A stretch of DNA of 64,000 nucleotides, from positions 114,516,001 through 114,580,000 of the forward strand of contig NW_024704743.1 of assembly GCF_018977255.1 (NCBI RefSeq), in the 5' to 3' direction. This document shows, in pieces, positions 25,055 to 38,934 of this stretch (positions within the stretch are counted from its first letter, which is position 1; every line of letters begins with the position of its first letter). The stretch comes from Callorhinchus milii. Its lineage: Eukaryota. The notes beneath the pieces were generated by a model. That model was given only the letters and a program-made list of their open reading frames with translations, was not told the origin of the DNA and made no database searches. The translations under genes and the position numbers were made by a program.

Positions 25055-25390
25055 AGGCTGACTTTCCAATACAGTCACTGAATTGTCTGAATTGTGCCTT
25101 CCTTCAGATCAATTGTTAAACTAAGGCCCGATTGCCTGTTCAGGTAAACATTAAAGATTCCATGGCACTATTCAAAAAAAAACAAAAGGGAGTTTCTCCC
25201 AATGCCCTGGCCAACAATCTTCCAGGTAAAATTTAACTTTACGGCCGTGTGTTGGCCGTTTGCTGTGTTCAAGTTGTCTGTTGCATGCGCCTACAAAATA
25301 CGCAGTTACTACACTTTCGAGTAAATCCTGTGAAGCACTTTGAGACAGCCCGATGTAAAAGACGTTATACCAAATGCAAGGACAACTAAT
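25055..25390 (+). mobile_element. DeuSINE, 5'-truncated
   Basis: CCTTCAGAT...TTAAAC...GCCTGTTCAGGT...TTAAAGATTCCATGGCACTATT...GGGAGTTTCTCCC...CAAATGCAAGG. Confidence 0.75.
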
Positions 25391-26329
25391 ATTATTTAGT
25401 TTATAAGAGTGCTGTCAATCCTCCTCAAACCCTCCTCCCTCTTCCCCCCCACATCCCAATTCATGAAGTCAGGCAAATGTGTGCAAAATGGAATCATAAT
25501 GGTGTCCAGTCAGACACTTGACAGTTTTTGAAGTAGTAAAGCTGATTTTATGTGCTCACAGAGTGGTACAACATGGAGACAGAGTATGGAGCCCAACTAG
25601 CCGGTTCCACTGTTTATACTAGTTGGTTTGTTTCCATGCTGTAACTTTCTATGCAACATTCACCTACAAAATACACATTCACCACACTTTACATTAGATT
25701 CTGCGAAACGCTTCCGAGACATCCTCCTGATGTAAATGTGCTCCATCAAATGTAAGGATTCTTTTTTAAAATTCTGTGATTGCTTGCTGCAAGCAAAATG
25801 CCTGCCACGTTTGACTACAATAAAATGTTACTGCGTTCGACAATTTACAAAGCACTTTGATAAATTCATGCATGAGGCACTATAAAAAGGCAAGCTCTTT
25901 CTTTCTCATGTATCCAGATTCAGTAGGAGAATTTAGAGTTAGCCTGAGTTTGACAGGTACATGGTTAAAACAGCAGTGAAGGAAAACCATTGCACACACC
26001 TTCTGGGCTGCCGAATGTTCTCAGACCCCCTGTCTTGTACTAATCAAGTGTGAACTGCTCTAGTGACTAGAGCAAATAAATATACATCTTCCCTCAGATT
26101 TATACATAACACAATTGGACAGGCATGTTATCTAGCTGATTTTCCCCAGAAAAGGGCCTGGGTGTACGTGAATGAATTCTGCTAGATTTCTTCACCGATT
26201 CAATGTAGATACACCACTTTATTCACAGGAATACCCAGTTGTATAATGAGGCATCTCAACCCAGCTCCACTGCAGGAAAAAAGACACTGGTCTCATAGTA
26301 GTGCATGACCCTTGTGAGAGGATAGCAGT

Positions 26330-27240
26330 GCCAATAATGAAGGGAGCACAAGGTAGATGGATACGTTGAGGACCATGTAGGCCAATATTTGACAGGCATT
26401 GCCTATCACAAACTGCACATGACCACGTTCCCAGGGGATTCTCCTGTTGATCTGTCCGACAATGCCGCTCCTTCAGTCCCTCACGTGTTCCTCTACACTG
26501 ACACGCCATGGTTCCTCAAAACCCTGCACTCCTTCTCTCACTTCAACACGCGATTGCTGTCTGTCAGTAGCCAGGATTTCCCAAGAGTTAACGACCATGT
26601 TGCACTGTTTCAGGTGTACTTTTGTTGTCTGCCCTGCTTTCTTCTGCCACTCACCAGTTTTCCGTGGAGCACCTGCTACCGATCTTATAAAGTAAGCCGA
26701 CCCCTTCGAACCAACCTCCTGCAATAAGGACAGGAGGCACAAGCTTAAATACCTCAAAATTCACTCTGGTACTCCATAGACAAGCAAGCAGTGGTTGATG
26801 GTTCTTCCCTGATCAAAAGGGCTCTATTAAAGGAATACACAAACCTCAGCTTGTGAGGTCTGATTTATCATGCATGCTTTGGATAATTTTGCAGAATCCT
26901 GCCAGGTTTCCCAAATTCTATCTCATGCTGCTCTGCTCCTGGGAGAGATGGGAAGTGGACCCAAAGCCTCAGGCTGCTGGTAGTTACCAGCTGAAAACTT
27001 GTCCGAGTACTCAACTCTCAAATCCTTTTACACCTGCAGAGGAGAAATCTATAATGTTGTTCTATTCAGAGAACGAAAGAGATTTGGAGATTTTTTAGCA
27101 TCTCTGATGTCCAATTTCATTTACATGCTGAACCACACTGGAGTCCTTGGAAGACCTGCCTGAACCTCCACAGCTCAGGTCTCAGAGTCTCCACACGTCC
27201 GCTGATCATCAAAGAATCCCTGCCATCCCACAGGGAAATG
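26330..27240 (-). mobile_element. Old RTE-clade LINE 3' fragment
   Basis: Minus frames give WEILATDRQQSRVEVREGVQGFE and CAVCDRQCLSNIGLHGPQRIH, resembling the RTE C-terminal W..LA.DR..W and CxxC...SRIGL..H motifs. The 5' boundary is uncertain. Confidence 0.65.
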
Positions 27241-29509
27241 TACTGCAATGATTTTCAGCAAGGTAGGGCACAACTGAGCAACTCAGTATTTAATGCGTTG
27301 GTTCATTTAATTGATGAGGCAACCTACATTTTGTCCTTGCTTGTTCTTGACCCAACTGGTGTAGAATACATATGATTTCAACATTTGGATGAGGAAGTTT
27401 TAGTGATGATTCATTATTTTCAGAAATAAATTTCAGCAGGAATATATACAGTGAAGACCACACATTTTCCTCACTACGGGATGGGTGTGTTGATAGGCAC
27501 TCCACCACCCATTTTGGTATCTGTATATAATCATGAAACTTGCACATTCAGCTAACTCCGTTATCCAAGCTACCTCCCCCCTCCAAAAAAAAAAACTACA
27601 CACCCTTATAATTTCATCTCCCAGCCCCAGTTCCCACTCAGCCTTCAAATGCTTTGAGATGCTCTCCTTACTTCAAAGACTATATAAGAGCGGATTGTTC
27701 TTGCAGTGAGAAGCAAGGGGGAAAAAATGCACAACGTTGCTCATACCATAGGAGAGGACATCAGTGAAATAAGAAATTAGTAATATTTAGGTTCTAATTG
27801 CTGCTGGCTATTTCTCAAAGGTTATCTTTCATTACATGGAACTAGAAAAAACAAGCCAGTGGGAAACAAAATTGTGAGCCAAATTGGAGTCTAAACTATT
27901 TTGGCTGGTTGAATTGAATCTGCACATTTATGGTTGCTAAAACAAACAATGTTTAGATACTGCAGTGGCTAAGACAGTGCCAGAATTATCTGCAGTGTTT
28001 ATATTCTGAAGGCTTGCTGTTAAGTTGGAATTCTACCCAAGGATGGTTGATTAAAGTAGCCATTTAGACTTTACAAAAGATCTGACAGAATTGCCACGTT
28101 CCTAGCGAAACAGATTCCAAAATATAGAAACTGGACCAATTCCAAGAAGCCTCGAGTTAGAGGTGGAGGTTAGAAGCGTTAACCACTTTTTATGTGGTTG
28201 TCGAGAACAATTCAGGAATGATTCGCCTCACGGCTCATTCTTATGAGAAGTCCAGAACTACGGGTCTTTGGCCTGGCTCTCTTCAACATGGTAGTACTCT
28301 CCTCTCCGAGTTACAATGTTGTTGGTTCAAGTCAGGACCTCAGCTCGGAGGTCTCTCCTGTGAGCATGAAGTACGTGGGGTTCCCTACTGGAGAGGCATT
28401 TTGTGGCACTTTTGATGGTGCTGAGATGCCAGAATCTCTACCGTTTTTCTGAGTCGTGTTTTTTCAATCCACTGGCACAAATACTGTGAAGATGAGTTTG
28501 GTAGCAAATGTATTTTGGACGACAGTTTAAATAAAGTCAGGGTCAAAGATGAGGCCTCAGGCAGCAATACTTCTGTTTATATTAGATATGGACCAGGGCA
28601 AGCCTATTGAGGATTATATGGGATCAGAAATCTGCTGAGTCATTGCAAACAAACCAAATGTTAGATATTCAGTGGAAAAGAGCATTAGCATCCAATTCAT
28701 ATCCGCCTCAAAATAAATTTCAGAGCTATTGTACCACTAAAATTGACTGCAACATTCGGTAAAATCTAAACATACAGTGGCTTAAACTAATGTTTCTCTA
28801 ACCCTCCCCCCATTTCACTTTGTAATTTTATAAGTGATTGGCCATAAAGTAAATGATGCTTGAACCACTTTGGCATGAGCCTGGTAATACCCTAAACTAC
28901 TGTTTACTAAATATTACAGGCAGATTACTGAATAAATGTGATCCTAATTAGCTCTAGAGCCAAGTAGTCATTAATCCACATTGAAGTGCAGCATTCTCAG
29001 AACACGATTTGAATTTCAAAGACGAGATATCTATTAATAGTTACAATAATGACCTGGAGCGTTTTTTGCTACAACATGGACCCTTGAAAGATAAAAGCAT
29101 CTCCATTAACCTTGTCTCCCATTCACTTTTTTTTAAAAAAACACATCTTCTCCAATACAGAGCCCACTACTAGACTATTCACCATAGTTTTTTGAAGCTG
29201 CAATAACCTTTCATATTTTTCTAATAATCTACAATACAGAGAATGCACAATGAAATACAGTAGAAGAGCCAATATTTGTGAAGATTCTTCAGTAACTTTC
29301 CCCACACACAAACATTAACTCTGGATTACACAACATGACCAATAATCCTTGCAGACAAAGTATTTCAATACCATATAAATTTCCATTTATAAAGCCCCTT
29401 TCTCATTAGTAGAACCTTTCACAACACTTGACAGCCCTGGCACAAGTAGATTTATTAAACTTGCAATTTTATGTAGTCTTAGCTCATCCAAACATCTCAA
29501 AATAAGTCA

Positions 29510-29860
29510 CCAGGGTCAGGTGGGAGTACTCTCATCACTTGGTCAGAAGATTTTGGATTTCAGCCATTATGTTGGGACTTCAAGCTCACAGTCCAGGCTG
29601 ACACTCCCAATAGTGCTGGAGGTGCCGGCCTTCGGATGAGATCCAACACCGAGTTCCTGTTCACCCATTCAGGTGGATAATAAACATTCTATGGCATACT
29701 GAAAAAGTTAAGGAAGTTTCTCCCAATGTTTTGGCCAATAATCTTCTACATAAAATTGGACAGTCACTTCATGGCTATTTGTGGTACATTGCTGTGCTTA
29801 AATTGATTGCTGTGTTCACAATCTATTCACTTCACAGTGAAAATCCCGTGTGCCTGTTTT
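29510..29860 (+). mobile_element. DeuSINE
   Basis: GTCCAGGCTGACACTCC...GGAGGTGCCGGCCTTCGGATGAGA...CAGGTGGAT...ATGGCA. Confidence 0.75.
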
Positions 29861-31084
29861 TTTCTTATGGCAATAATCCTCAATTTAAAGGCTTCTCTTT
29901 ACTGAACCACCAATCAGTGGAAATAGTTTCTCATTTTACCTGATCAAAACCAAACCATTCATAAATTTTTGAAGACCTGCTTTTTTAAAAAAAAACACAA
30001 TTGCTGTAGAAGAACCAGCACAAGGTAATCCTACTGTGACAGCCTCCTACACAGTCCAGGTGCGAGCTAATAAAATGATACGCTCACTCTTCAGTGACTG
30101 AACAAGCAGCAGCATCAAGCACAAAGTATAGTAATGTACTCAATTTAAAACATAATTGTTAGGTACAATTTGAGTCTTGAGAGCTACGCTGTGCAGTGCA
30201 CAAACTTGGCTCGTTCGTTTTGGCAAAATGCTTTGTGCCGAATTACCCTGAACACATTTTAAAAAGGACCCACACAATGAGGGCTGGAAAATTGCAATGT
30301 GTGTTGTGAACGTTTCACCACGTGATAATTAGCACATCACATTTTACACCATCATGGAAAACAACTTTGGTTGTTTTGATTAGAAAAAAGGACATTTTTC
30401 CAATCTTGATTTAATAAACTCTTTCTACCCGCCTGTCCCCCCTGGCCGCACACATACAAACCTTTTTTTAAAAACTCGGATTTCAGTCACATACATTTTA
30501 ATGATTTATCATTCAAAATGTTTGGACTGTAACATTCGGCACAATCAAGGATTCATGCCAGACTTTACATGTTGTAAGGGAATGAAAGCTTAACATTAGA
30601 GCTAAACTTGCTGTCCCTTTGTACTGCTGTTGGTATGGATACTCTTAACCATGGTGATGGGTTTCCACATGTGTCAAGGCACCCGGCTGACCAAAAATAA
30701 ATTTGATTGCATCCAGTTCTTATGGGCTCTGGTTGCACCACCTTCTGGTCAGACCAAAAACTGCGGAACACGAGATTCCTAAATACTTCCTTCAACTGCT
30801 GTACTGATTTGAGGTTATACTATTGATGAAAGGAAACCATCTGATCAATGACTTGGAGTGATCGTATGAGAGGAGAATAAAATGCGCACTGCATAGAGGA
30901 TAGGTCTGATTGTTACTTCACACCAAGTGTTTGAATCCTGCATCGTTGACTTCAACACCGCTGAAGAAACCTTACAAGAAAATTAATTGAGCCAGGAATA
31001 ACACAGAAGCATCTGAAATACTGCAAATTGCTGCTCCCTACATTTCCATATAGGGAGCAGTAATTAATCCAGCCAAGGGTTAGT

Positions 31085-31385
31085 CATGCGTTTCGCCCAC
31101 AAAACATACACTTCACAGTATATTCGGTGAAGTGCTTTGAGACGTTTCGAAGACGCAATAAGACATTATATCAAATGCAAGGATTATTTCTTATTGGGAG
31201 AAACTCTTTTCGAACAGGGTCCACCTAAACAGGCAAACAGGGCCCCTCCAACAATGCAGCACAGCCCACACTGTATTCCAGTGTCAGCCAAGACTATAGG
31301 AGCTCAGAGGCTTGAAGCTTGAACCCACAACCTTCCAACTCAAAGGTGAGTCTACTGCTAACAGAAGCGGGCAGGCTAACACCAT
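31085..31385. mobile_element. SINE tail (+) fused to a DeuSINE 5' part (-)
   Basis: Tail ends CAAATGCAAGGATTATT near 31188, followed by GGGAGAAACTC...TTGAACCCACAACCTTC...CAGGCTAACAC. Confidence 0.7.
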
Positions 31386-32249
31386 AATAAGGAGCAAGAA
31401 GTTAAATACAGCACCTAGCAGTTTCTCTTTGCATTATGCAAGGCTCACAGTCTTAAATCAGACTTTAAATATAATGCAGTGTATCTTTTATAGCTGAAGG
31501 TAAAGAGAAAAGGTACAATTGAAGGATAACGGCATCATCAAGGAAGTAAGAAATGTTCATTTATCAAAGTTCTCATGCTGTCATCCTCATCGATTACTTT
31601 CAGTAGCTTCACCATCAAGTCCTATGACAATCTGTCATACCTTCCAGTATGATCAGCCATAAAACATGCTGTACTCAGCAGCGATATACATAGCAACATG
31701 ATAGGAGGAGGCCATTCAGCTCATCAAGCTTATATTCTGCCATGTTATTAGATCAAAGTGAATCTTTCAATCCTATTTTCCTGTCTTTTCTCCAGAAAAA
31801 ATGCAGTCGCTACACTTCACAGTAAAATCCTGTGAAGTGCTTTGAGACGTCTCAACGTGAAAAGGCACTATTGTCTATCAAATGCAAGATCATTAAAATC
31901 CCTTAACGCCCTTCCATCCCAAGTATCATATTAATGACTTTTAAATATTCCAATTAATTCTGCAGCTGTGGCTTTCTCTGGCAGCACATTCTATATTTAC
32001 ATAATCCTTTGTTTCAAAGAAATGTTTTGATATCACTTCTAGTCAATTTAGCTCTAATTTTCAGCTTTCATTCCTTGAATTGGAACCAGTGGCAATAGTT
32101 GTAGAATGGGCTGCATCGTGGCTAACTTTTGTAAGGCAAAGTTATTGCTTTGGAAGCTCCAGGCAATGCAGAGACATTGCCTACTCAGCTTATTCCACAC
32201 TTAATAATGATGCAAGTCATTTAATGTGTTGTTGTGCGTACCAACAAAT

Positions 32250-34500
32250 TTAATAAGATCATGGCTGATCTTCTAACCTAATTCCATTTACCCGCCCTAT
32301 CCCCATATCTATTAATCCCTCTATCAACCTCAGTCTTGAATATTTTCAAGGACTGAGCATCCACAGCCTTCTTGGGTAGAGAATTCCACAAATTCAGTAC
32401 CCTCTGAGCGAAGAAATGTTTCCTCAACTCAGTTCGAAAAGGCTGACACTTAATCTTGAGACTATGACCCCTAGTTTCAGATTCTCCAACGAGAAGAAAC
32501 AGTCTCACGGCATCTACCCTGTCAAGACCTTTAAGAATTTTATAGGTTTCTATAAGATCACCTCTACGTCTTCTATATTCTAGAGAATATAGGCCTAGTT
32601 TACTCAACCTATCCTCATAGGTCAACCCCCTCATCCCAGGAACCAACCTAGTGAATCTACGCTGCACCCCCTCTAAGGCCAGTATGTCCTTTCTTAAATA
32701 AGGAAACCAAAATTTCACACAATATTCTAGGCACGGTCTCACCAAGGCCTTATACAACTGCAGCGAGACTTGCCTACTCTTGTACTCTAACCCTTTTGCA
32801 ATGAAAGGCAACATGGCAGTAGCCTTCCTAGTTGCTTGTTGTACCTGCATACTAACTTTTTGTGACTGGTGTACAAGAACACCCAAATCCCTCTGAACAC
32901 TAACATTACGTAGTCTCTCTCCCTCTAGAAAATAATCTGCTTTTCTATTTTTACTACCTAGGTGAATAACTTCACACTTGCCCACATTATACTCCATCTG
33001 CCACCTTCTTGCCCACCCGCCTAGCCTGTCTATTTCCCTTTGCATTCTTTGTGTGTCATCCTCACAGCTTACTCTCCCACCTATCTTCGTATTGTCCACG
33101 AATTTAGATATATTAAGTTCTATTTCCTCATCTAAATCATTGATATAGACTGTAAATAATTGAGGCCCAAGCACTGAGCCTTGTGGCACTCCACTAGTCA
33201 TATCCTGCCAATCTGAGAGGACCCGTTTATCCCTACTCTCTGTTTTCTTCCTGTTAGCCACTCTCCAATCCATGCTAATATATTGCCATTGGTTCCATGG
33301 GCTCTAATCTTATGCAACAGCCTTTTATGTGGCACCTTGTCGAATGCCTTCCGGAAATCCAAATACACCACATCTACTGGTTCCCCCCTATCTAACCTGC
33401 TAGTTACATCCTCAGAAAACTCTATAAGATTTGTTAAATATGATTTCCCTTTCGTAAAGCCATGTTGACTGCCTAATCATGTTATGATTTTCTAAGTGCC
33501 CCACGACGACATCCCTAATTAAGGACTCTAGAATTTTCCCTACCAACGCTGTCAGACTAACTGATCTATAGTTCCCCATTTTTTGTCTCCCACCCTTCTT
33601 AAATATCGCCGTTACATTTGCGAGCTTCCAATCACTGGGAACCATTCCAGAATCCAAGGAATTTTGCAAGATCAAAAACAAAGCATCCACTACCTCCGTA
33701 GCCACCTCTTTTAAAACCCTAGGATAAGGTCCAGGGGATTTATCAGTTTTTAATCCTATCAATTTTTCTAGTACTATTGCTTTACTGATGTTCATTTCTT
33801 TAAGTTCCTCACTAACATTAGCCTCCAGGTTCCCCTCGATTTTTGGTAAGTTTTCAGTGTCCTCTAACGTGAAGACAGAAACAATTTCTTTATTCCCCAT
33901 TATAATTTCTCCTGTCTCTGCCTGCAATGGACCCATATTCACTTTTGATAGTCTCTTCCTCTTTATGTACTTGTAAAAACTCTTACAATCTGTCTTTATT
34001 TAAAAACAAAAATAAATTGGTCATTTTCAATCTACGACTGTTTGTGGGACATTGCTGTGCGCAATTGGCTGCCGCGTTCGTCCACAAATATACAGTCAAT
34101 TCACTTTACAGTGTGTTCTGTGAAGCGCTTTGGGACGTCCTCCCGACGTGAAAAGCGCTATATCAAATGCAAGGATTATTATTATTATTATTATTTATGT
34201 TCCTAGCTAGTTTATTCTCATATTCCATTTTCTCCCTCTTAATCAGTTTCTTGGTTTTCCTTTGCTGATCTCTAAAGTAGGTTTATTGTTTTTTTTGGCA
34301 GTATTATAGGCCTCTTCTTTTAATTTTATACTTTCCCTAACTTCTCTAGTTAGCCAAGGTTGAACCACTTTTCCCGTGGTATTTTTAGTTTTCAAGGGAA
34401 TATGTGATTGCTGGGAATTATGTATATCTTTAAATGTTTGCCATTACTGGTCTACTGTCATATTTTTTAATCTAATTTCCCAGTCTATTTTAACCAAATA
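32250..34500 (-). mobile_element. CR1 LINE, 5'-truncated ORF2 with RT domain, interrupted by a SINE
   Basis: KSPGP.PRVLKE, DWKLANVTAIFKKG..NYRSVSLT, SGVPQGSVLGPQLF, KFVDNTK (degenerate FADD), QRDLGV, LYKALVRP.LEY, FFAQRVLNLWNSLP. Frameshifts between the 176-aa and 331-aa ORFs. Confidence 0.95.
34000..34193 (+). mobile_element. Young SINE 3' half inserted in the CR1, possible TTTAT target-site duplication
   Basis: CpGs intact and long (ATT)n tail; TTTAT at 33995-33999 and 34194-34198. Confidence 0.9.
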
Positions 34501-34519
34501 ATCTAGTGACACACTAAAT

Positions 34520-34782
34520 TGCTATTTGTATTGTTGGAGGTGCAGACTTTCGGATGCGTGGGACATTAAGGATCCTATGGCATTATTCCAAAAGGAAAAA
34601 GTTTCTCCCGGTTTCCTGGCCAACAATCCCCCAGTTGACACTGGTCATTCACTTCATGGCTGTTTACCCTGTAAATTGCTTGTCACATTCGCCTAAAAAA
34701 TACAGTTATTGCACTTTACAGTGAATATGGTTTAGCATGTTGAGAAGCCCTCGCAACATGAAACACACTGTATCAAATGACA
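34520..34782 (+). mobile_element. DeuSINE fragment
   Basis: GTTGGAGGTGCAGACTTTCGGATG...TTAAGGATCCTATGGCA...GTTTCTCCCGGTTTCCTGGCCAACAATCC. Confidence 0.7.
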
Positions 34783-35451
34783 GAAAATAGAAAGAGCATT
34801 ATATTACTCTGTTGGAATGCACGTTGAGAGGAGTTAAAAGGTCAGAAATCCATTTCCTGCACAACTATGTTGTTCTCAGTCACATTCGACAACAACTATT
34901 GGTTTTGTCTTATCAGTGTTGGTTTGTCGAAGTCCAGTTATTAAAAAAGAAAAGGATCTTCACGGAATGCAAACTGGAGAAAAGGGCTCTATGTTCCCAA
35001 TGGTTCAAAAGAAACTATGAAAACAACACAATGTTAAATACATTCCCTGTGCTGACAAAATGATGGAACACTGCCTGATGACTAACGTGTTTGTAGTATC
35101 CATTTGAATTGACTCATACTACACAAAGCCAGCTCTGAGGTAGTCACCTAGAAAAATACATTCATATTCCACTCTCGGCATGTACCACGACTCATCTGGG
35201 ACTGATTCACAAGATTACTGGCCTTAGTAAAGCAATGGAACTGCTGCAAAAACACTTAGTAAGAAAAATTGTCTTTTTTTTTAAAACACAAGCTAAAGTT
35301 AATGCAATTTACAAGAACCTTTTCCTTTCTTTACTCCTCCCTCCATTTATATAATGCAATCTACATTTATACAACACGTATTATGCCAGGAGGACTCAGA
35401 GAGCTTTAAACAGCTGGTTAGAACCCCAAGCTGGAGGAAGTAAAAAAGATA

Positions 35452-35788
35452 ACAATAATAGCATTTGATTCAACGTCTTCTAAAGCGCTTCACAGATTAT
35501 ATTGCAAAGTAGACTATGGTTTGTGGGCAAAACGTGGCAGCCAATTGCACAAAGCAATGTCCCACAAACAGTAATGGATTAAGTAACGAAATTATAATTT
35601 TTTTAAAATTTATTTGAAGGGATTATCACCCCCGGAAAAGCAACCGACTAACAATCAGGTTCCGACTTACTGCTAAGTAAACAGAGGCGCGTAGAGTAAG
35701 GAAACTTGCCTAATGTTTCGCCCTGACTGGGAATCGAACCTAGGTGCTCTCATTTGTGAGGCAAGTGCTCTAACCACTAAGCTACAGG
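35452..35788 (-). mobile_element. tRNA-head SINE (long form)
   Basis: CCTGTAGCTTAGTGGTTAGAGCAC...GGTTCGATTCCC on the minus strand, plus body. Confidence 0.85.
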
Positions 35789-36084
35789 TATACCAAGATG
35801 ATGAAAAGCACAGTGAAAGATGCCGTCTTAGGTTGTTGTTCACTGAGCAAAGGGAACAGCCGAGTCAGTAGGATTACAGGAGGTCACACAGAGATGTAGG
35901 GGTGGGGCTGTCTTGGTCGTTTCCATTTTCATTTTGTCCTTTCCTCATTTAAAGCAGCATTAGTTTCATTTTAAACGTAAATGATCTGGTTGAAACACAC
36001 AGAAGATACATTGGGGTGGAATGTAGTATGTAATTTCACGTTGTGGTATGTAATTCCACCCTCATGTAAGCATTTGTGAACTCC

Positions 36085-36600
36085 TGGTTGGATTACTGAA
36101 ATGCACTCCTCGCACCCCGGTCTCCCCAGCTCCGCTATTCAAAGGATCCAGCTCATTCAGAACTCTGCCACCCATGTACTTACCCGGGCCAAACTCCGTA
36201 CCCACATCTCACCAGTTCTGGCCGAGGCTCCACTGGCTTCCCATCACCAAACGGATCGACTTCAAGATCCTCACACTTGTGTTGAAACCCCTTCACTCTT
36301 TGGGACCTCACTACCTCTCCAACCTCCTCACTCCTCAATCCACCACCTCCGCTCAACTGGCTCCTGCTCATCCCTCGCACCCTCAGCCCCACCATCGGAG
36401 GTCACACTTTAAGCCACTAGGCCCCAAAACGCTGGAACACTTTCCCTCAATCGCTCCGACTTCCCCCTCTCTCCCCTTTTTCAAGTCCCGCCTTAAGATC
36501 TTCCTCTTCAACCATACTTATGGCCACCTCCCCCCCACCGGCTTAGAGTCAGGCTCCACCGCTGTTAAACTACTCTGCATGAAGGGCTTGTTGTTGATGT
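36085..36600 (+). mobile_element. L2 3' fragment
   Basis: IQRIQLIQNSATHVLT, LHWLPITKRIDFKIL, FKSRLKIFLF. Confidence 0.85.
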
Positions 36601-37584
36601 GTTAACCCTCACCAGTTAAATTAACACATGGCCACAAACATTTCAAACTTGTGATTACCACCACCACACCAGGCTTCGGCACAAAGGCTCGCTGTGTGCC
36701 ACCACCTTTCATTGCGTTGTCCTTTATTGTTGCTGTTCAATCTCACTGTATGGAATCCAGGTGGAACTCTTTCAGAAGTTGACTCGCACTCTGTGAGGGA
36801 AGACTTTTGCAGACAATCAAGCGCCTGAAAATTTTGATTTGCATTAAAAGGTCCAGTCGAGTCTCCTATTAGGTCAGTCATATGAAATTCCTCCAAATTA
36901 GTTCCCGCTAATAAAATATCTTTCTGGTTCTCAATGTTCTGTGATTAACCTAAAATATGGTATTCAAGATGTGAGGATGATTGCAAGATGAATTTTTCAA
37001 ATAAATATATTGAATTCAGCCTCAATTTCCAGCTTGTTATCCAAACTTATTTTGCTACTAATGCCACTCACACGTTTAGCAAATTATCTTCACAATACTA
37101 ATAAAACTGTGAAGGTATAACATGGAAAGCCTAAGCATCAAGGCAACACACAGTATTCATAAAGACAGTGTGATGTGGTGCCTGGAGCATGTCAAGGGAA
37201 GGAATCAGTACTGAACAGGCTGGGAGCACCAGGGTGAGAACCCTCAGAACACAATAAACAAGCCCAATATCTACACAAATAGCGATCAAGCCCTTTTGTT
37301 TGAGAAAATAACATGGTGAGATGACTGTCAGGTCATCTCCTGAGACAACATGCACCATAACATAAAACATACAATTTCTGCAATTCAATTAAATATGCAT
37401 TCCATAAAATCTATGCTCCAAGCTTTTAAATCGCATATCAATAAACTCAATTTAAGTTTCTGGGCCAAATTCAATGTTTATTGGAATTTGTTATAACAAC
37501 AAAAATGTGCTTTGTTCGCTATCTCTTTCTCAATATTAAAGTAGCCCCATTGCATTCGATATAGCGCCTTTCACGTCTGGAGGA

Positions 37585-38075
37585 TAATAATAATCCTTAT
37601 ATTTGATATATCACTTTATCGCGTCTTCGAGACGTCTCAAAGCGCTTCACAAAATATACTGTAAAGTGAATTGACTGTATATTGTTTGGGTGAAAAGCAG
37701 CAGCCAAATGTGCACAGCAGTGACCCACAAACGGTCGTGGATTGAAGTGACCAATTTTTTTTTAAAAAAAGGAATTATTACCCCCGGAAAAACGATCCAC
37801 AATCGATTAACAACCGGGTTCCTACTTACTGTTAAATAAACAGGGGCGTGTGGAGTAAGGAAACCTGCCCAACATTTCACCCTGCTGGAAATCGAGTTCC
37901 AGAGAGTGGGGGCAGATGGGCTGAAAGCTTGACTGCCAATGGTGGGATGGGCAGGACAGGGACGTGAAGCAGGCCAGTGCCTGCCGAACGGGGAAAGCGG
38001 ACGGGTTAGTGCGGTTTAAGAAGATTGCGAAGGTTGGGTGGAGCAAGACTGGAGGGATTTAAAAGCGAAGACAAC
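37585..38075 (-). mobile_element. tRNA-head SINE (to about 37897) abutting an L2 fragment
   Basis: SINE body and tail with a TCGAA loop, then GAGTTCCAGAGAGTGGGGGCAGATGGGCTGAAAGC (reverse strand of an L2 3' ORF). Confidence 0.8.
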
Positions 38076-38934
38076 AACAAATTACATGGGAGATGTTAAA
38101 TACACAGTTAATGATCAGGGAGGAATGAAACGACTGTCATGTATACAGGATTTGCTAATTTGAGCACTATGGAGCGCATAAACTTGTTAGCTTTATTATT
38201 TCTGAAGTTGATCAAGGGAGGAAAGACAAAGCACCAGACATTGCTGGAGTATTAAAGCTGCTGCAAAATCTGACAATCTTTCCCAAGTCCAGCTGATGAA
38301 ATTGGATGAGCCCCTGGCATTCTTAATTACTCCTTTTTGACAAAAATCATCAGGGCCAAGGAGCTGTCTGCAATGATCAGGCTTTCACACCAAGTCAAGT
38401 ACCTTAACAATTAAGCAGTAGAGAAGTGGGAAGTCCAGGAGTGGAGTCTGCAATCCCTGGAGCCGATGGCTCAATGCTAACATTGCAGAAGTCAATTTCC
38501 CTTGGGGGGGTGGGCAATCCAAAGCTGTTTCTCGAGGAGGAAGTACCTGCAAATGCTTGTACATACAGCAGTGAAGTAGCACAAATAAAATCATTGACGT
38601 GGAAAGTGTTCCCTTCCCTCCCAACATGCCAAATAGCACTACGGTTTTAAATCAATGACTTTTTCATCTTTGTCATTGCAGGAAAACAATGGTCCTCCAA
38701 CTTTAAGGCTAATAATAAGTGCTTTGAGACTTTAAACTGTCCCTGTCTATCATCGCTGTAACAGATGTTATTGCTGCCACAACATGTAACATTGCGAACC
38801 TTCTTTCACCACTTTGATTTGAGTTTGGATGCTGTGAGAACAAGTGTCAAAAAGTAAATCTCCACACATGCTTTAAACTGTCTTGCTTTAAATCCAATTC
38901 TTCCAGAGCATGGAATCACAGAAAGTTTACAGCA

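Noticed and set aside
36651..36908. Possible minus-strand exon (LEEFHMTDLIGDSTGPF...)
   Set aside because: The acceptor phase does not fit the phase-0 exon 1, the donor is weak and I see no similarity to C8orf34 or any protein I recognise.
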